From NCBI GenBank assembly GCA_001687465.1, contig LVLI01000109.1, positions 1-64,000 on the forward strand: a stretch of DNA of 64,000 bases, in the 5' to 3' direction. The translations under genes and the position numbers were made by a program. Numbering within the stretch: position 1 is the stretch's first letter; each line of letters starts with the position of its first letter. The notes beneath the pieces are model-generated. The model was not told the DNA's origin, made no database searches, and worked only from the letters and a program-made list of their open reading frames with translations. Shown piece after piece: positions 24,786-36,232 of the stretch. Source of the DNA: Halocafeteria seosinensis. Taxonomy: Eukaryota.

Positions 24786-27700
24786 ATGTCGTCGTCGCCT
24801 GATGCTAAGGTTGGAGCTCCCATGAATGGAGGAGCGCTACAGCGACGCCATACACGCACTGGAATGAGTTCTAGACAACAACAACACCAGCAGCATGCTC
24901 CTGCACATACACCACAGGCTGAAGAAGATAATAGAAGCCCTAGTCAGTCGTTGAGCCGGTCAAAGTCCTCTGAGACTGTATCTCGGCCTCACTTGACGTC
25001 CCCCGGGAACTCGGAGGAAAGCGTCATTCGGACCCTAACGCCCTCCGGCACGGCCATTACGGATGGGTCCGGTAGCTGGAAGGGAAGTAGTTTTTCACTT
25101 GGAGAGATTGGCGCCATGTATGTGGAAGATGGTGGGGAGTCGTTCGCGTCTCCGGTCCCCGGGGAAAGAACGGGCCCAGAGGCACATTCCATGTCGTATA
25201 CGGAAGTTCGAGCTGAGTACTCGGAGTCTTCGCCGAAATCGTCCACAACTACGTTGCAAACAAGTGGATCCAAAGATAATAACAGCAGCGGGAGAAGTTC
25301 CAGTAATAGTAAACCCAAACGGCACAATATCGTGTTGGATGAAGATATAAACAGTCGACCCCCCAGATCGGGATCGAGCGCCAGTAGCAAACAACGTAAG
25401 AGCGCAAGTCTAACGGCATTAAGGACCCGAACGGATAGCAGCAGTAGTGATGGAGGACGAAGTAGCGAAACAGATGACACTGTGACAGAATTATTCAAAC
25501 AATCCGTACCACAGAGGGCACGGGCCTTGAATGGAAGTGCATGCGCCGGTGGTAGTCAGGGAATACACATCAAGGAAACAGATTCGGAAGGACCCACAGA
25601 AGCAGAATCTATGGCGAGAAATTCCCCCGGACACTACGATCCACAGATGCATCAATCCAGTAACAAGCCTAATGACTTTTTTGCGGAAAATGATCGGAAC
25701 GCTGCTTCGCAAAGTATAGAAGAAATTACCCAGAAGGTGGCGGGAATAGATAGATTAGGCAAGTTTTTGAAGAACTTCCTGACTGGTGCAAAGGAAACCC
25801 TCCAGGTTTCGTCGCAAGAAAATGAATTTCTTTGCGAACTCCAGGGGCAAATAATCACTGCTGTTCCGATATTAGAAGAGTTCTCAAAAGAGCTTCTTTA
25901 CTGTTTTGATACTATGGATGAAGACCAATGGAAACGTTCATGCATAGCACTTTCGCATACGTTGGAGGAGTACTCAGAGTGCTTCTCTGTGGTCCAGGAA
26001 TATATATCAAAGGGGGATGAACGTCCAGCGCTGAAGAGTGCTTCAAGCACTTTTATCAAGCACGGTAGGAAAAACAAAGTTTCCGGTGAGGGTTGGGTAC
26101 AACTTGCAACTGAGAAATCGGGACACATGGAGGAGGACTTACTGAGGTTCTGTCGAGGCTTGCGATTGAGACTAACTCAGAACAAAATTGATGTCAATAT
26201 CTCCACCCTTCATGACGTGCCTCCGATCCCTGCTGATCATATACGACGCAGTCACTATGTCACGCAGCTGTCGAAGGCGCTTGTAGATTCGAAAATCGTT
26301 GGAGTATGTGGATCGACGGGGTCAGGAAAAACGTCTATAGTTGCCGAATATGTGCATTCTCTCATATGGCGAAACATACCTCCTTGGACTGAGTCCAAGC
26401 ATAGACAGTTTGACAATGTAGTATGGGTCTACATGGACAGAATTCCTAATGATATTGACTCTGGTGAAAGACAGATATTGCTTTGTAAACTACTGGTAGA
26501 TGCTCTTGGGCTTCGTGAGGATCATCCGGAAGAATCTCCAATCACCTGCATAGAAGATTTTGAGGAACGGCTCGCACGATCCGTGTTCAGGGAAAAAGTG
26601 TGTGTGGTCTTGGATAACGTAGAGAACGCTTGCACTGTCGAGAGCATTGTGAATACAATTTGCCAAACGCAATTGGGCTGTTCAGCGGTGATAACGTGCC
26701 GTCGGGAAGAAACACTGAATTCCATCTGCTGCTTGCATTCTTCGAAAACGCATTTCAATGTTGACTACATTCGAGATAGGGATTTCTTGAAGATATTTCT
26801 CATGTACAGGTGTGGACGTTTCAATCAAACGTTGGGTGCAGTTGAAGACACTTCGGTAAAGGAGCTTATCGTTTTATCGCAAGGATGCTTGTTGGCTGTG
26901 GATATTTTAGGGGGTATAGCTAGAAGGTGTAAGCACTGGTCGTGGGCAAGAATTATTGAATACGTATGTGCCTCTGAGAAACCCAATGTTGGCGGCTTGT
27001 TGAGTGCTGACGTTCCTCTCAATGTCGAGAAGATTGTCCTGGCAGCGATTACCTTAGTCGAACCCGACCGAACTCAGGCTTCCTACAACCACAACCATTT
27101 GTTCCATGACATGCTTTTTCTGCTGGCAACCAGTGACGATGGGATATTCTCGCTGCAAACCCTTTATTTTGTGTTTAAGCATGCCTTTGATGCGGATCGA
27201 AATGTGGTCGACATTTTCCTTGAATGGGTATCAGACTTATCCCTAGTATCTACTCCGGGAGAAAATGATTCCCGAGATGAGAACTCAGCGACCATTGTCA
27301 TCCCACTCTCTGTGTTGAAGGTATTGAAAGCGTATCTTTCATCTGTAGGGTTACTGGCCCGGCAGTACAAAGTATTGATATCTGCTTATGGAGTCGCTGT
27401 CGCAGCAGAACCCGCACTTGCATCATTCCAGTGGTTCGCTATTCCGTCGCAGTTCGAAGCTGGTACCTCAATACTAAGGTCTTGTCTTCTTGTCAAATCA
27501 TCTGATGCCGAGGATTCCGTAGAACAGATACAGAAGATTTTGCTGGACTATCAATGGATAAGGCAAGTGTTACACTGTCCCTATGGGAGGTTTTATCTCA
27601 TGTTTCTGGTTCGTCAGTTTGGAGCTGCCGACGAATCTTGCCAGCTCTTAGATCTGGCCCTCAGACGTATATGGTGCCACCCAAGTTGCGTCAACCAGCA

Positions 27701-30617
27701 TTCTATCGGTGTTGCACTTAATGCTCACTTACTTAGTGATGAAAAGGCCATTGAACCCTTACCCCTGATTAGACGTTTAGTGAACGGCATTGCTTCTTCG
27801 GGCGATACATTTAAACTTCTTTCCGGTAGCCTCGTCAGCTCTGTCTCACGGGACTCGGCCATGTTTGGTCAACACCGAGGAGTCCTTACCACGATGAACG
27901 TCATGCATGATTGGTTGTTGACGGGAGATATGAGGGGCAACTTGAAAATATGGAATGTAAAAAACGGCATTTGCATACACAATGTGCGAAGGGAAGGGCG
28001 CAATAGAAGTACGATTCATCACGTAAGCGTTTCCAGTAATGGGCGACTATTTAGTGTTTGTGGATCCTCAGGATCTCTTGATTTGTGGCACATCGAGTCT
28101 GGTGGAACCTCAAAGCTACTGGGCCAAACCAAACTCAAAGCAAGGAAGCACCATATCAAGTCTCACGTTTGGTGCTCCTCGTTCAGTAGTCCTGCTTCTA
28201 ATACGGAGGGCAAGTACCCACAATTTCTTGCTGTCGGGGGTACAATAATATCTCCTGGAGAAGGCAGTTCTGGAGTTGTCAATGTCTTCGAAATTGCCCT
28301 GGACTTCTCAGGCCATGCGAGTACACCGCACCGCGGAACATTAAACGCTCGTTTTGTAATTGCGGCGCATCCTCGCCCTGTTACCTCCGTGAGGCTTTTT
28401 GCTATGGATTCAGCAAATAGTGAACAAACGTTGATTTCGTACAGTAGGGACCACGGGTCTGCAACTCTTTGGAAACTGAGTAGTCGTGGGATGACTCGAG
28501 AGAATAACGGATTCCCGGGAAATGTAGACTATGACAGTCTTATACTGTGGCTAAGGGATGAGTATTCAAACCGGTGGGACACAGTGCAGACTTCCGAACA
28601 CACGTTGATAGCCGTATTTTGCCATAAAACTCTTACTGTAAGGATATTTTCAGCTACTCGCGCGTTCGACGGAGCTTCTAACAGTAAATATGCCTCTCAT
28701 GTTGGCTATGAACTGGAAGGCGTCGACGAGAACGTTGATACGTTCTTGATTACTGCCGTCGGCAAGAGTGATTCGGAGTACTTCATCGTCGCAAGTACGC
28801 CTTCTGGCGCTCTGAAGGTGTGGCAACTTCCTATAGAGACATCATCTTCGAAACTTCCTCTCTACTATTACGACAGTGTGTATCACAGCGCTGCGATATC
28901 GCGAATGGAGCGGGTACGTCTCATTGGAGCCGCGCCTAACGATTGCTACATTCTAACAGCATCTCTTGATGGGACAGTCAGGCTTTGGAATCTTACGAGG
29001 AAACAATGTTTACAAGTTGTCGTCAATATGACAGAGCCAATTGAACTCCTCTCGTGCTGTAGTGCGCCTAATGAGATGGGAAAGCCAACCAATTACGTGA
29101 CAGCAGGATCTAAAAACAGGCTACAGTCTGTGTCTCTTCCGACGGCGGAATATTTTGACAAGTCGCCAATGAGGAAAAGTCCACTCTCAAGCTTTCTTAT
29201 CAGCGAAGACGAGACCCAATATTGTAAAGAATGGGTGCTAGCCAGTACAAATGGCAAGATCATTTACGCATCTGTTCCCGTGGATGGCACTCCTACCGCG
29301 TTTGCTGGAAGCTACGGTATAAGTTTGCGCCTTCGTCGCGAAGACAGTTTTGGTCATGGTGACGCCGAGCGAATGCGCCCAAGGGCATTAAAATTTCCTC
29401 TGCTTGAATGCCCACAGGATGTCCACGTGCACACAGATACCATCGTATTCTCCCATTTGGAAGCATCCGGGAAGGAAGCGCACCGGAGAATTTTGATGGC
29501 AAATTGTGAAAGGTATGGTTCCCGCGGGGAAAAGCAGGAATTCATACTTGCCTGGGACTTATATCCTGAAGAAAGTAATTCCACTAGGTTTCAACGTCAC
29601 ATTATCATACCCGTGTATCGGGAGATGTGGTGGAAGACAGCTGTAAATGCATCCAGAGGTATCCGAGCAGTTGGAAATGCGGCGTTGAACTTACAAGAAT
29701 GGAGGCGGAACCCGAGGATGTGCTTCAGCCATAATAACAAATATGTCCTGTATTGTAGAGGTGATGAACATGATGGTGGGGGCATATTCGTTTGGGATAT
29801 GCTTAGCACGGACCCGGAACCTGTTTACACTCTAAAGATGGGTCGCAGGAACTTGACAGTACACTACTTGCTATTCAGCAACCTGGTGGTTCATTATGAT
29901 GATGACACCCCTCGGTGGTCTTACTACGTTGCTGCTGTATGCCAGCATCCCGTTGTTCACACACTTGTTCTTCTCTGGCGCTTTCCTGATATACACTCGG
30001 AAACACATGCATCGGTCAAACGAACAGCAAAATCAATAATCTCAACCTGCGAATGGAACATGGACATCGTTGAGCAATCTCCACCCATGGCGTTTGGCGA
30101 CTCGACTGATGGAAGACAAAGCGTTCTGACTCTTGCGTGGGGTGACCAACAGGGACACATACATATCAACCAAGTGGACCTATCTGGTGCAAGAGGCGGT
30201 GACAAGAGTGCAGTGCCAAAAGAAATTGGCATCATTTCATATGCACATTCTTCGCCCGTAACATCCTTACAATTTTGTGCAGATATGACGAGTCAAACAG
30301 GCGCTATTAGGCAGCGCTTAGTCTCCGTAGGCCGGGATAGGAAACTCTACATTTGGGGATGCACCATCTGTAAGGGGTTCAAAGGAAAAGGTGCATATGC
30401 ATCACCGGAATGTATCCATTCCTTCCAGATGGAAAATCTCCCGATAGGACTCTCAAGGCCTCTGTTTATACCAACCGAACAAACCTCCAAATCCGGATGG
30501 CTGTTCCATGTTGAGGCAGAGGCAGACAAAGATATTCAGTCAATGTATCGACACGCAGTTATGTGGTTTAGAGAACATAAACATTTGGAAGGCTCTGCGG
30601 GGGCACATAGTCCATAG
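24786..30617 (+). CDS. STAND NTPase (NB-ARC-like) with C-terminal WD40 repeats; Apaf-1/NLR-like
   Basis: Walker A 'IVGVCGSTGSGKTS', 'FDNVVWV', Walker B 'VVLDNVE', sensor 'VITCR', 'SQGCLLAVDILGG' (GxPLA-like); WD repeats such as 'LLTGDMRGNLKIWN', 'ILTASLDGTVRLWN', 'LVSVGRDRKLYIW'. Confidence 0.8.
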   Translation: MSSSPDAKVGAPMNGGALQRRHTRTGMSSRQQQHQQHAPAHTPQAEEDNRSPSQSLSRSKSSETVSRPHLTSPGNSEESVIRTLTPSGTAITDGSGSWKGSSFSLGEIGAMYVEDGGESFASPVPGERTGPEAHSMSYTEVRAEYSESSPKSSTTTLQTSGSKDNNSSGRSSSNSKPKRHNIVLDEDINSRPPRSGSSASSKQRKSASLTALRTRTDSSSSDGGRSSETDDTVTELFKQSVPQRARALNGSACAGGSQGIHIKETDSEGPTEAESMARNSPGHYDPQMHQSSNKPNDFFAENDRNAASQSIEEITQKVAGIDRLGKFLKNFLTGAKETLQVSSQENEFLCELQGQIITAVPILEEFSKELLYCFDTMDEDQWKRSCIALSHTLEEYSECFSVVQEYISKGDERPALKSASSTFIKHGRKNKVSGEGWVQLATEKSGHMEEDLLRFCRGLRLRLTQNKIDVNISTLHDVPPIPADHIRRSHYVTQLSKALVDSKIVGVCGSTGSGKTSIVAEYVHSLIWRNIPPWTESKHRQFDNVVWVYMDRIPNDIDSGERQILLCKLLVDALGLREDHPEESPITCIEDFEERLARSVFREKVCVVLDNVENACTVESIVNTICQTQLGCSAVITCRREETLNSICCLHSSKTHFNVDYIRDRDFLKIFLMYRCGRFNQTLGAVEDTSVKELIVLSQGCLLAVDILGGIARRCKHWSWARIIEYVCASEKPNVGGLLSADVPLNVEKIVLAAITLVEPDRTQASYNHNHLFHDMLFLLATSDDGIFSLQTLYFVFKHAFDADRNVVDIFLEWVSDLSLVSTPGENDSRDENSATIVIPLSVLKVLKAYLSSVGLLARQYKVLISAYGVAVAAEPALASFQWFAIPSQFEAGTSILRSCLLVKSSDAEDSVEQIQKILLDYQWIRQVLHCPYGRFYLMFLVRQFGAADESCQLLDLALRRIWCHPSCVNQHSIGVALNAHLLSDEKAIEPLPLIRRLVNGIASSGDTFKLLSGSLVSSVSRDSAMFGQHRGVLTTMNVMHDWLLTGDMRGNLKIWNVKNGICIHNVRREGRNRSTIHHVSVSSNGRLFSVCGSSGSLDLWHIESGGTSKLLGQTKLKARKHHIKSHVWCSSFSSPASNTEGKYPQFLAVGGTIISPGEGSSGVVNVFEIALDFSGHASTPHRGTLNARFVIAAHPRPVTSVRLFAMDSANSEQTLISYSRDHGSATLWKLSSRGMTRENNGFPGNVDYDSLILWLRDEYSNRWDTVQTSEHTLIAVFCHKTLTVRIFSATRAFDGASNSKYASHVGYELEGVDENVDTFLITAVGKSDSEYFIVASTPSGALKVWQLPIETSSSKLPLYYYDSVYHSAAISRMERVRLIGAAPNDCYILTASLDGTVRLWNLTRKQCLQVVVNMTEPIELLSCCSAPNEMGKPTNYVTAGSKNRLQSVSLPTAEYFDKSPMRKSPLSSFLISEDETQYCKEWVLASTNGKIIYASVPVDGTPTAFAGSYGISLRLRREDSFGHGDAERMRPRALKFPLLECPQDVHVHTDTIVFSHLEASGKEAHRRILMANCERYGSRGEKQEFILAWDLYPEESNSTRFQRHIIIPVYREMWWKTAVNASRGIRAVGNAALNLQEWRRNPRMCFSHNNKYVLYCRGDEHDGGGIFVWDMLSTDPEPVYTLKMGRRNLTVHYLLFSNLVVHYDDDTPRWSYYVAAVCQHPVVHTLVLLWRFPDIHSETHASVKRTAKSIISTCEWNMDIVEQSPPMAFGDSTDGRQSVLTLAWGDQQGHIHINQVDLSGARGGDKSAVPKEIGIISYAHSSPVTSLQFCADMTSQTGAIRQRLVSVGRDRKLYIWGCTICKGFKGKGAYASPECIHSFQMENLPIGLSRPLFIPTEQTSKSGWLFHVEAEADKDIQSMYRHAVMWFREHKHLEGSAGAHSP

Positions 30618-30712
30618 TCACTAGCATTCGCTCACTGTCCGTGATTCTCCTTGCTTGCACGTTGGAAAGCGTCCACTTCACCGCACCAATACACACATGC
30701 AAGTGTGCCATA

Positions 30713-33178
30713 TCATGATTTTCGAAGTGAGTTGCTTTTCCGTGCGTCAGAAGATAACCTATCTTGGCCAGACGTTCCGTAATACTGGTTTCCCTTAACA
30801 GTCACTGGGTAACTGAGCGCGCCTTCTGGGTGTTCCCAATCTTTTACCGATTGTTCGTCACGCGAGGCAGTCTTTCGTGGAGTTCCTTCGAAGGAATTGC
30901 GAGTATGTTTGTGTTTCGATGAAAACAGGGACCGTAACCGCGAAAAAACGCCACGAGAGTTATCCTGGTGCCCACTCAGCACTCCCGAATCACTCACAAA
31001 AGGCTGATCTAGCTCAGCACCAGAAGTATTTACGAACAATTGCTCCGATTTTTTGGAGTGTCTGTTGGTGGCAGATGGAGAGCTCGCGAACGTGGGGTTG
31101 TCACCATTTGCTTGGCCAGATATAACATCATCAACTCCTGAAGAGTTAACGTCGCAAATATCATCACCCGCAACTCGTTTTGTTTTCTTCTTTTTAGAGT
31201 TACGCGGTTTGCCGTTGCTACTATCTTTCACAAAGGCAACGGATTGCTGCTTTGAACTGTCGGACGTCCTCGAGTTGTTGGAATTGTATCTTTTCCCATC
31301 AGTGGGGTGAGTCTCTCCAGCCGGCTGATTGTGAGATCTCCCATCGAGAAATGTGTGAGTAGTCTCAAACAATGGGGTTTTCTCCACTAAGGGGTGGTGC
31401 ATTAGTGCCCGCGCTGTAGGTCGCTCATCTGGATCATACCTTAGACACGAGAGAATAAAGTCTCTAAGCTCACCGGAGATGCTTGGCGGCAACGGTGGGG
31501 GGGAAGTGGATGACGCTATGTGAAACATTGCAGCCAATGGGTTTTTCAAATGTCCCCAAGGGGGTTGTCCCGTTGCTAGTTCGATCACACTGCAGCCTAG
31601 ACTCCATATATCGGCCTTGCGTCCATGACCAATCTGACGAATTACTTCAGGAGCCATCCACCATGGCGTACCTTGCAAGCTAGCGGGCTCTTTTTTCGAT
31701 GACGCCAAAGTTTGCATTCGCTTAGAAGCCCCAAAATCAGACAACTTGCACGTTCCGTGGAGATCCAAGAGGATATTGGCGCATTTGACATCCCTGTGAA
31801 CAATCATATGGTCATGCAGGTATATTAAACCACTCAAAATCTGCCGAACATAGGTGCGTATTAAGTTCTCATTCAGAGCTCCAAATTTCTTAACGATGCT
31901 GGCCAAGCTACCCCCCGAGACATATTCCATCAATATCCACACACAATCCGCGTCTTCTTCGGTACCCAAGTACCGGACAATGCTTGGATGATCCAGTGAC
32001 GACATCATCGAGATCTCGTTTCTCAAGGTTTCGACAACCTGCGCGAATACAGTCATAGTTTTCTAGAATATGCATGCAGATTATCCAAGGCCTACGTACA
32101 GCATGTTGTTCTTCAGTCTTGCTTTGCTTGGTATTGATCATGATTTGCTTCACAGAGATCAGCTCACCAGTGTCTTGGTCCAATGCTGTGTACACTCTAC
32201 CGAATGCTCCAGAGCCTGTGTTGTTGTTTGACAGAGAGAGATAGAGAGATAGAAAGAAGAAAGGTGGTGAACATAGCCTTGAATATGGGTGAGCCATCCA
32301 CAGTGTCGAACATACCCAACAGGTCGCCCTTCTTCCAGCGGATAGTTTTGCGATGCGGTTGCTCACTTGGCAACTGCTTTTCATACATTTGTACTTCAGC
32401 CTGTGTATAATATCCATCATCATGTCCTTCCTGATGGGGAAACAAATTAATAAAGAAAAAGAGAGTGCTGTACGGATAAATCTCCCAGCCGATGAACGTT
32501 AGAGCGTACCAACGGGTTAAATCCACCATCATCATCATCACTGTAGTCACTAGTATTCCAAGAACGGTAATCCCCATTTTCCTGCATACAGCAGAAAGAA
32601 GCCATAACAGTAAAGGTTTCCAAAGTACACAACTACGCGTTAAAGAGTTGTGTCAAAACCATTTCAAACAACTGGAGGGGACGTACATCAATTTGATTTC
32701 GTCCAGTGTCAGCATTGTTCATTCCGGTCCCATTCCCGCTCATTTCCATACCGTTTCCATTAGGAGACGGCGAGATAGGGGATAATAAAGTGTTACTAAA
32801 GCCATGGGGATAGGTATTCTCCAAGGACGAGACTTCCCCCTGGTCTTCCTCTTCATGGCCTGGCAAAGCCCCATCCGAAGTCGATACAGCTGAGAGCGGA
32901 TGGTGTTTGGCCCTCTTCTTGGAAGATAAATTCGACCCTACGGGAGTCTGAGACTGTGTATAGCCGCTATTAGAGGAGTTTGAACGGCGATGGTACCCTC
33001 GGGCCGAGTGCGTGTGCTCCGGATCATAGGCTGGTTCATCCTCATTTGCTTGCCCCGGCGTTTTCACAAGGACAGGAGGTTCCGTGTCTTTGGAGAACTT
33101 GCCAATGCCCATCGTACTATCCAGTCGAAAAGACACCGGGTGGCCTCCATATACACGATATGGACGGTAAAGAACCAA
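30713..33178 (-). CDS. MAP kinase kinase kinase (STE11/NPK1-like), multi-exon
   Basis: 'WKKGDLLG|SGAFGRVY', 'HRDVKCANIL', 'DFGASK', 'GTPWWMAPEVI..GHGRKADIWSLGC'; exons joined through GT-AG introns. Confidence 0.85.
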
Positions 33179-33426
33179 ATATAGCCGCTTGAGGAGGAGA
33201 ATCCAAACTTTTTAAACTCCAGTTTCGAAGCTTTAAAACCCCTCTATACCAATTACATGAGCACCATCAGGTAGAGCGAAGAGTTCTTTATCACATGCTC
33301 CGATAAACAAGGTTCCAATACCTCTTGTGTAACTGTATATGGATGGACCCGGAAAACCAAGGGGATAACCTTGAACCGTGCAAACTTTTCGTTGGGTTGA
33401 AGATCTGTCTTCTCGAGTCGGAAGTC

Positions 33427-35756
33427 TCGGAACCAGCTCGGAAGCGCGTTACATCGGGTCGGAGGAATCGCCGCTGGATTGGATGAGAAGCCAAAACAGT
33501 GAACAATTAATACATTTTACGTGTACCAATGACACACACTTATTGTGTGAAACGAGGTTCCCGAATGAAATGCTTTCTAGGGGAGGACAGCCAACTGGAA
33601 GTTCAGTGGAAGTTAAATACAAGCAACGGGACAAACTACAGTACAAACTCCGGAGCTGGAGCTACGGTGCAGCATTCTAAGTCAGAAAGCGATCCTAATG
33701 AAATTGTGTTTGTTTTTCCAGGTAACGAACATGAATGACACTGTACACGGCGTACTAGGAGGTACAACCGGACACTACCAGCCCGGTGAATCTGAATTCC
33801 ATTGGAATTGACTCGGGGTGCCGAATGACTTGACAGTCATTTGGGTCCCCATCCGACTTGTTTATGAGATGCCACATACTAGCAGCTTGAACTGTTTTTG
33901 ACATAATCAATAGTTCAAGTGGTTCCAGGCCAAGAGGCGGAGTTGCCACGGGCACTCACACTCCGATGCGGCTGGCCAACGACAGAGTGCGCACTGCCCA
34001 GGTTGAAATGGACTTGTAGGACTGTTGTTGAATTCGATCTTTATTATTGACTGGAACGAGGGTTTCGTCCAATACCCCCAAATAAGCGACATCACGGTAA
34101 GAAATTTTGATTGCGGCTGCTTGTAAGACAAGAGTGTTGGTCAACATTGGGCGGATGTCTCATTCAATCCATATTGACGGGTCTTGGTCTAATATAAAAG
34201 AGAGAGAATATTCAGCTAATGGGGTGTGATTGCGTATACCTGTTGTCAGTGAGTTGTGAGTGATGAGAGTGAGTGAGGTTAGTTTCCTGGCTGGTGCGGT
34301 TGGCAGGAACACCACGAGATACACGAGCGTCAAATTACACCTTTAAATGACTGGATTTGAACATGCTGATATTCTAATGAATTGATCGCAGGCTTGCAAA
34401 GTCACAATGAAGAGCATTCGGACTGTCTTAACAGCGTGCTTCGCCACTGCCTTGCTTCTGACTTCTCAGGCCAACGGCATAACCGAGAATGACATGAAGT
34501 AAATCCAACAGCAACACAAGTCAACTTCATATTCCAAGCAACATTGGGGGATTGTTTACCTTTGCAGAAAGAAGTGGAAAATCAGCGACGGAACCTCATG
34601 TCGATCTATTGATGCTACCGGCGGCAAGGGAAGCGAAGGGAACTTCTGTGACCCACTGTTACAAACGTGCACAGATGCAACGATACTGTACGTATTGTTT
34701 CAATACAATTTATTTCATTCACATTTGTTTCTCTTGCCTAACGAGGACGATGCGAATCGGAGCCACAGGGACTTGGGAGAGAATTCGAAGAATGCCGACG
34801 TCGGATACGTCTCAGTGGACAATCCCGACGGGGACGGTCGCTTTTGTTTCTTCGTCAAATTCAACGGCGATAGCCCCACTACAGACGGCGACACTGTACT
34901 TAACGTGGGTAGCACCAATGAATGCACCTCCAACGATCCAACTACGGACGAGACGGTGACAGGTGAGTGGCGTGCTCCTTCATTTCGGGCTATTATATCT
35001 TTGCCTCGGGTGATAGGTTCTCCCTGAAATTCGCGCAGTGGGAGAAGAATGCAGCACAGCAAAACCTGGTACGGTTCGTGCTACGCTTTTCACGTCCATG
35101 GCTGTATTGCTTCTTTGTGTATATCAACTTACGTTTTAGCCGTGATCCCCGCGATGGTCAGAGGAAACAAAATAAACATCTGTACAAAGGATTTTTAACT
35201 GCCTTACGATACTACCACTATCCCACCACCTACAATTCTCATTCTGAGGACACGACTCATTCTAGATAGGCCGTGCCCGTTGGGCCCACGTACTCGTGAC
35301 ATGAACTACATAGGCTATAAGCGGGCCACCCTATACTGTAAAGCAGCTGTATTGCATTTGACTACGGTTTCAGACGTTTCAAAATCCACATCACCACTCA
35401 GAAACCGGAACCGGCTCGGAAGTGCGTCTCATTGACTCGGAAGCGCTCTCGAATAGAATGAGAAGCCAAAGCAGTGAGCAACCAATCCAATTGAGGTTCA
35501 AAATGACACACACTTGTTTTTGAAACGAAGTATCCGTAGACCAACTGGAAGTTAAAAAGCAGCAAGACTCTCCTCCGTGAACTCTTAAATACAGACTCCA
35601 GAGCTGGAGCTGAGTCGCTCAGCCGACTTCTTTGGACTTTAATAACTCACGGTAGGCCATAATAATACATATGCATTGTACTACTAGACATCACTACTAT
35701 GCAGCTTTCTAAGTCAGAATTTCTCAGAACGCGATTAATTTTTGTGTTTCCAGGTA
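33427..35756. repeat. Pair of diverged ~300-bp direct repeats (33427-33725 and 35406-35756)
   Basis: Shared collinear blocks cggaacc.gctcggaag, atgagaagccaaa.cagtga, aatgacacacactt, ccaactggaagtt, gagctggagct, ttctaagtcagaa, tttccaggta. Confidence 0.7.
34407..34963 (+). CDS. Possible small secreted Cys-containing protein (spliced, 3' end uncertain)
   Basis: Signal-peptide-like first exon 'MKSIRTVLTACFATALLLTSQANG' followed by GT-AG-bounded Cys-containing exons. Confidence 0.35.
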
Positions 35757-36232
35757 CTCTACAAAAAGGAAAGTACAGGATGTACAATAGCGTATGCAAC
35801 ATCAAGGAAAGGGAAGACAACACCCCAAGTGCATTGTTAGTTCTCCCACTACTACTTGCACCTAAGTTCGACGACGAGCTGCATATTATAGAGGGCAACG
35901 AAAGGACGGGATTGTGGTCCTGGGTGGGGCTGTAGGAGATGCCACGTTTTGCAAAGCTCACCTCCGGAAGAAGATGATACAGTAGTAAGTTCGACAATAG
36001 GAACCCGCCAAAAATCAACTTAAGTGCAACCACGCAGGTTGTTATAGAGGCGTCTAACTGTCTACATGCCGTTTACAGTTGTGCATTCTCAACTGTATAC
36101 CAGTAGTATGCTCTTCCTTTTTAGTCTTGCAACGCAATGCATCTTGTTTGTTATTGGTGGTACCACCGTAGCAAGTATTTCGTGCCTGATCTAGTTTCGG
36201 GTGTGCTCATCAGTTGTGTGGGGAGATTCCAA

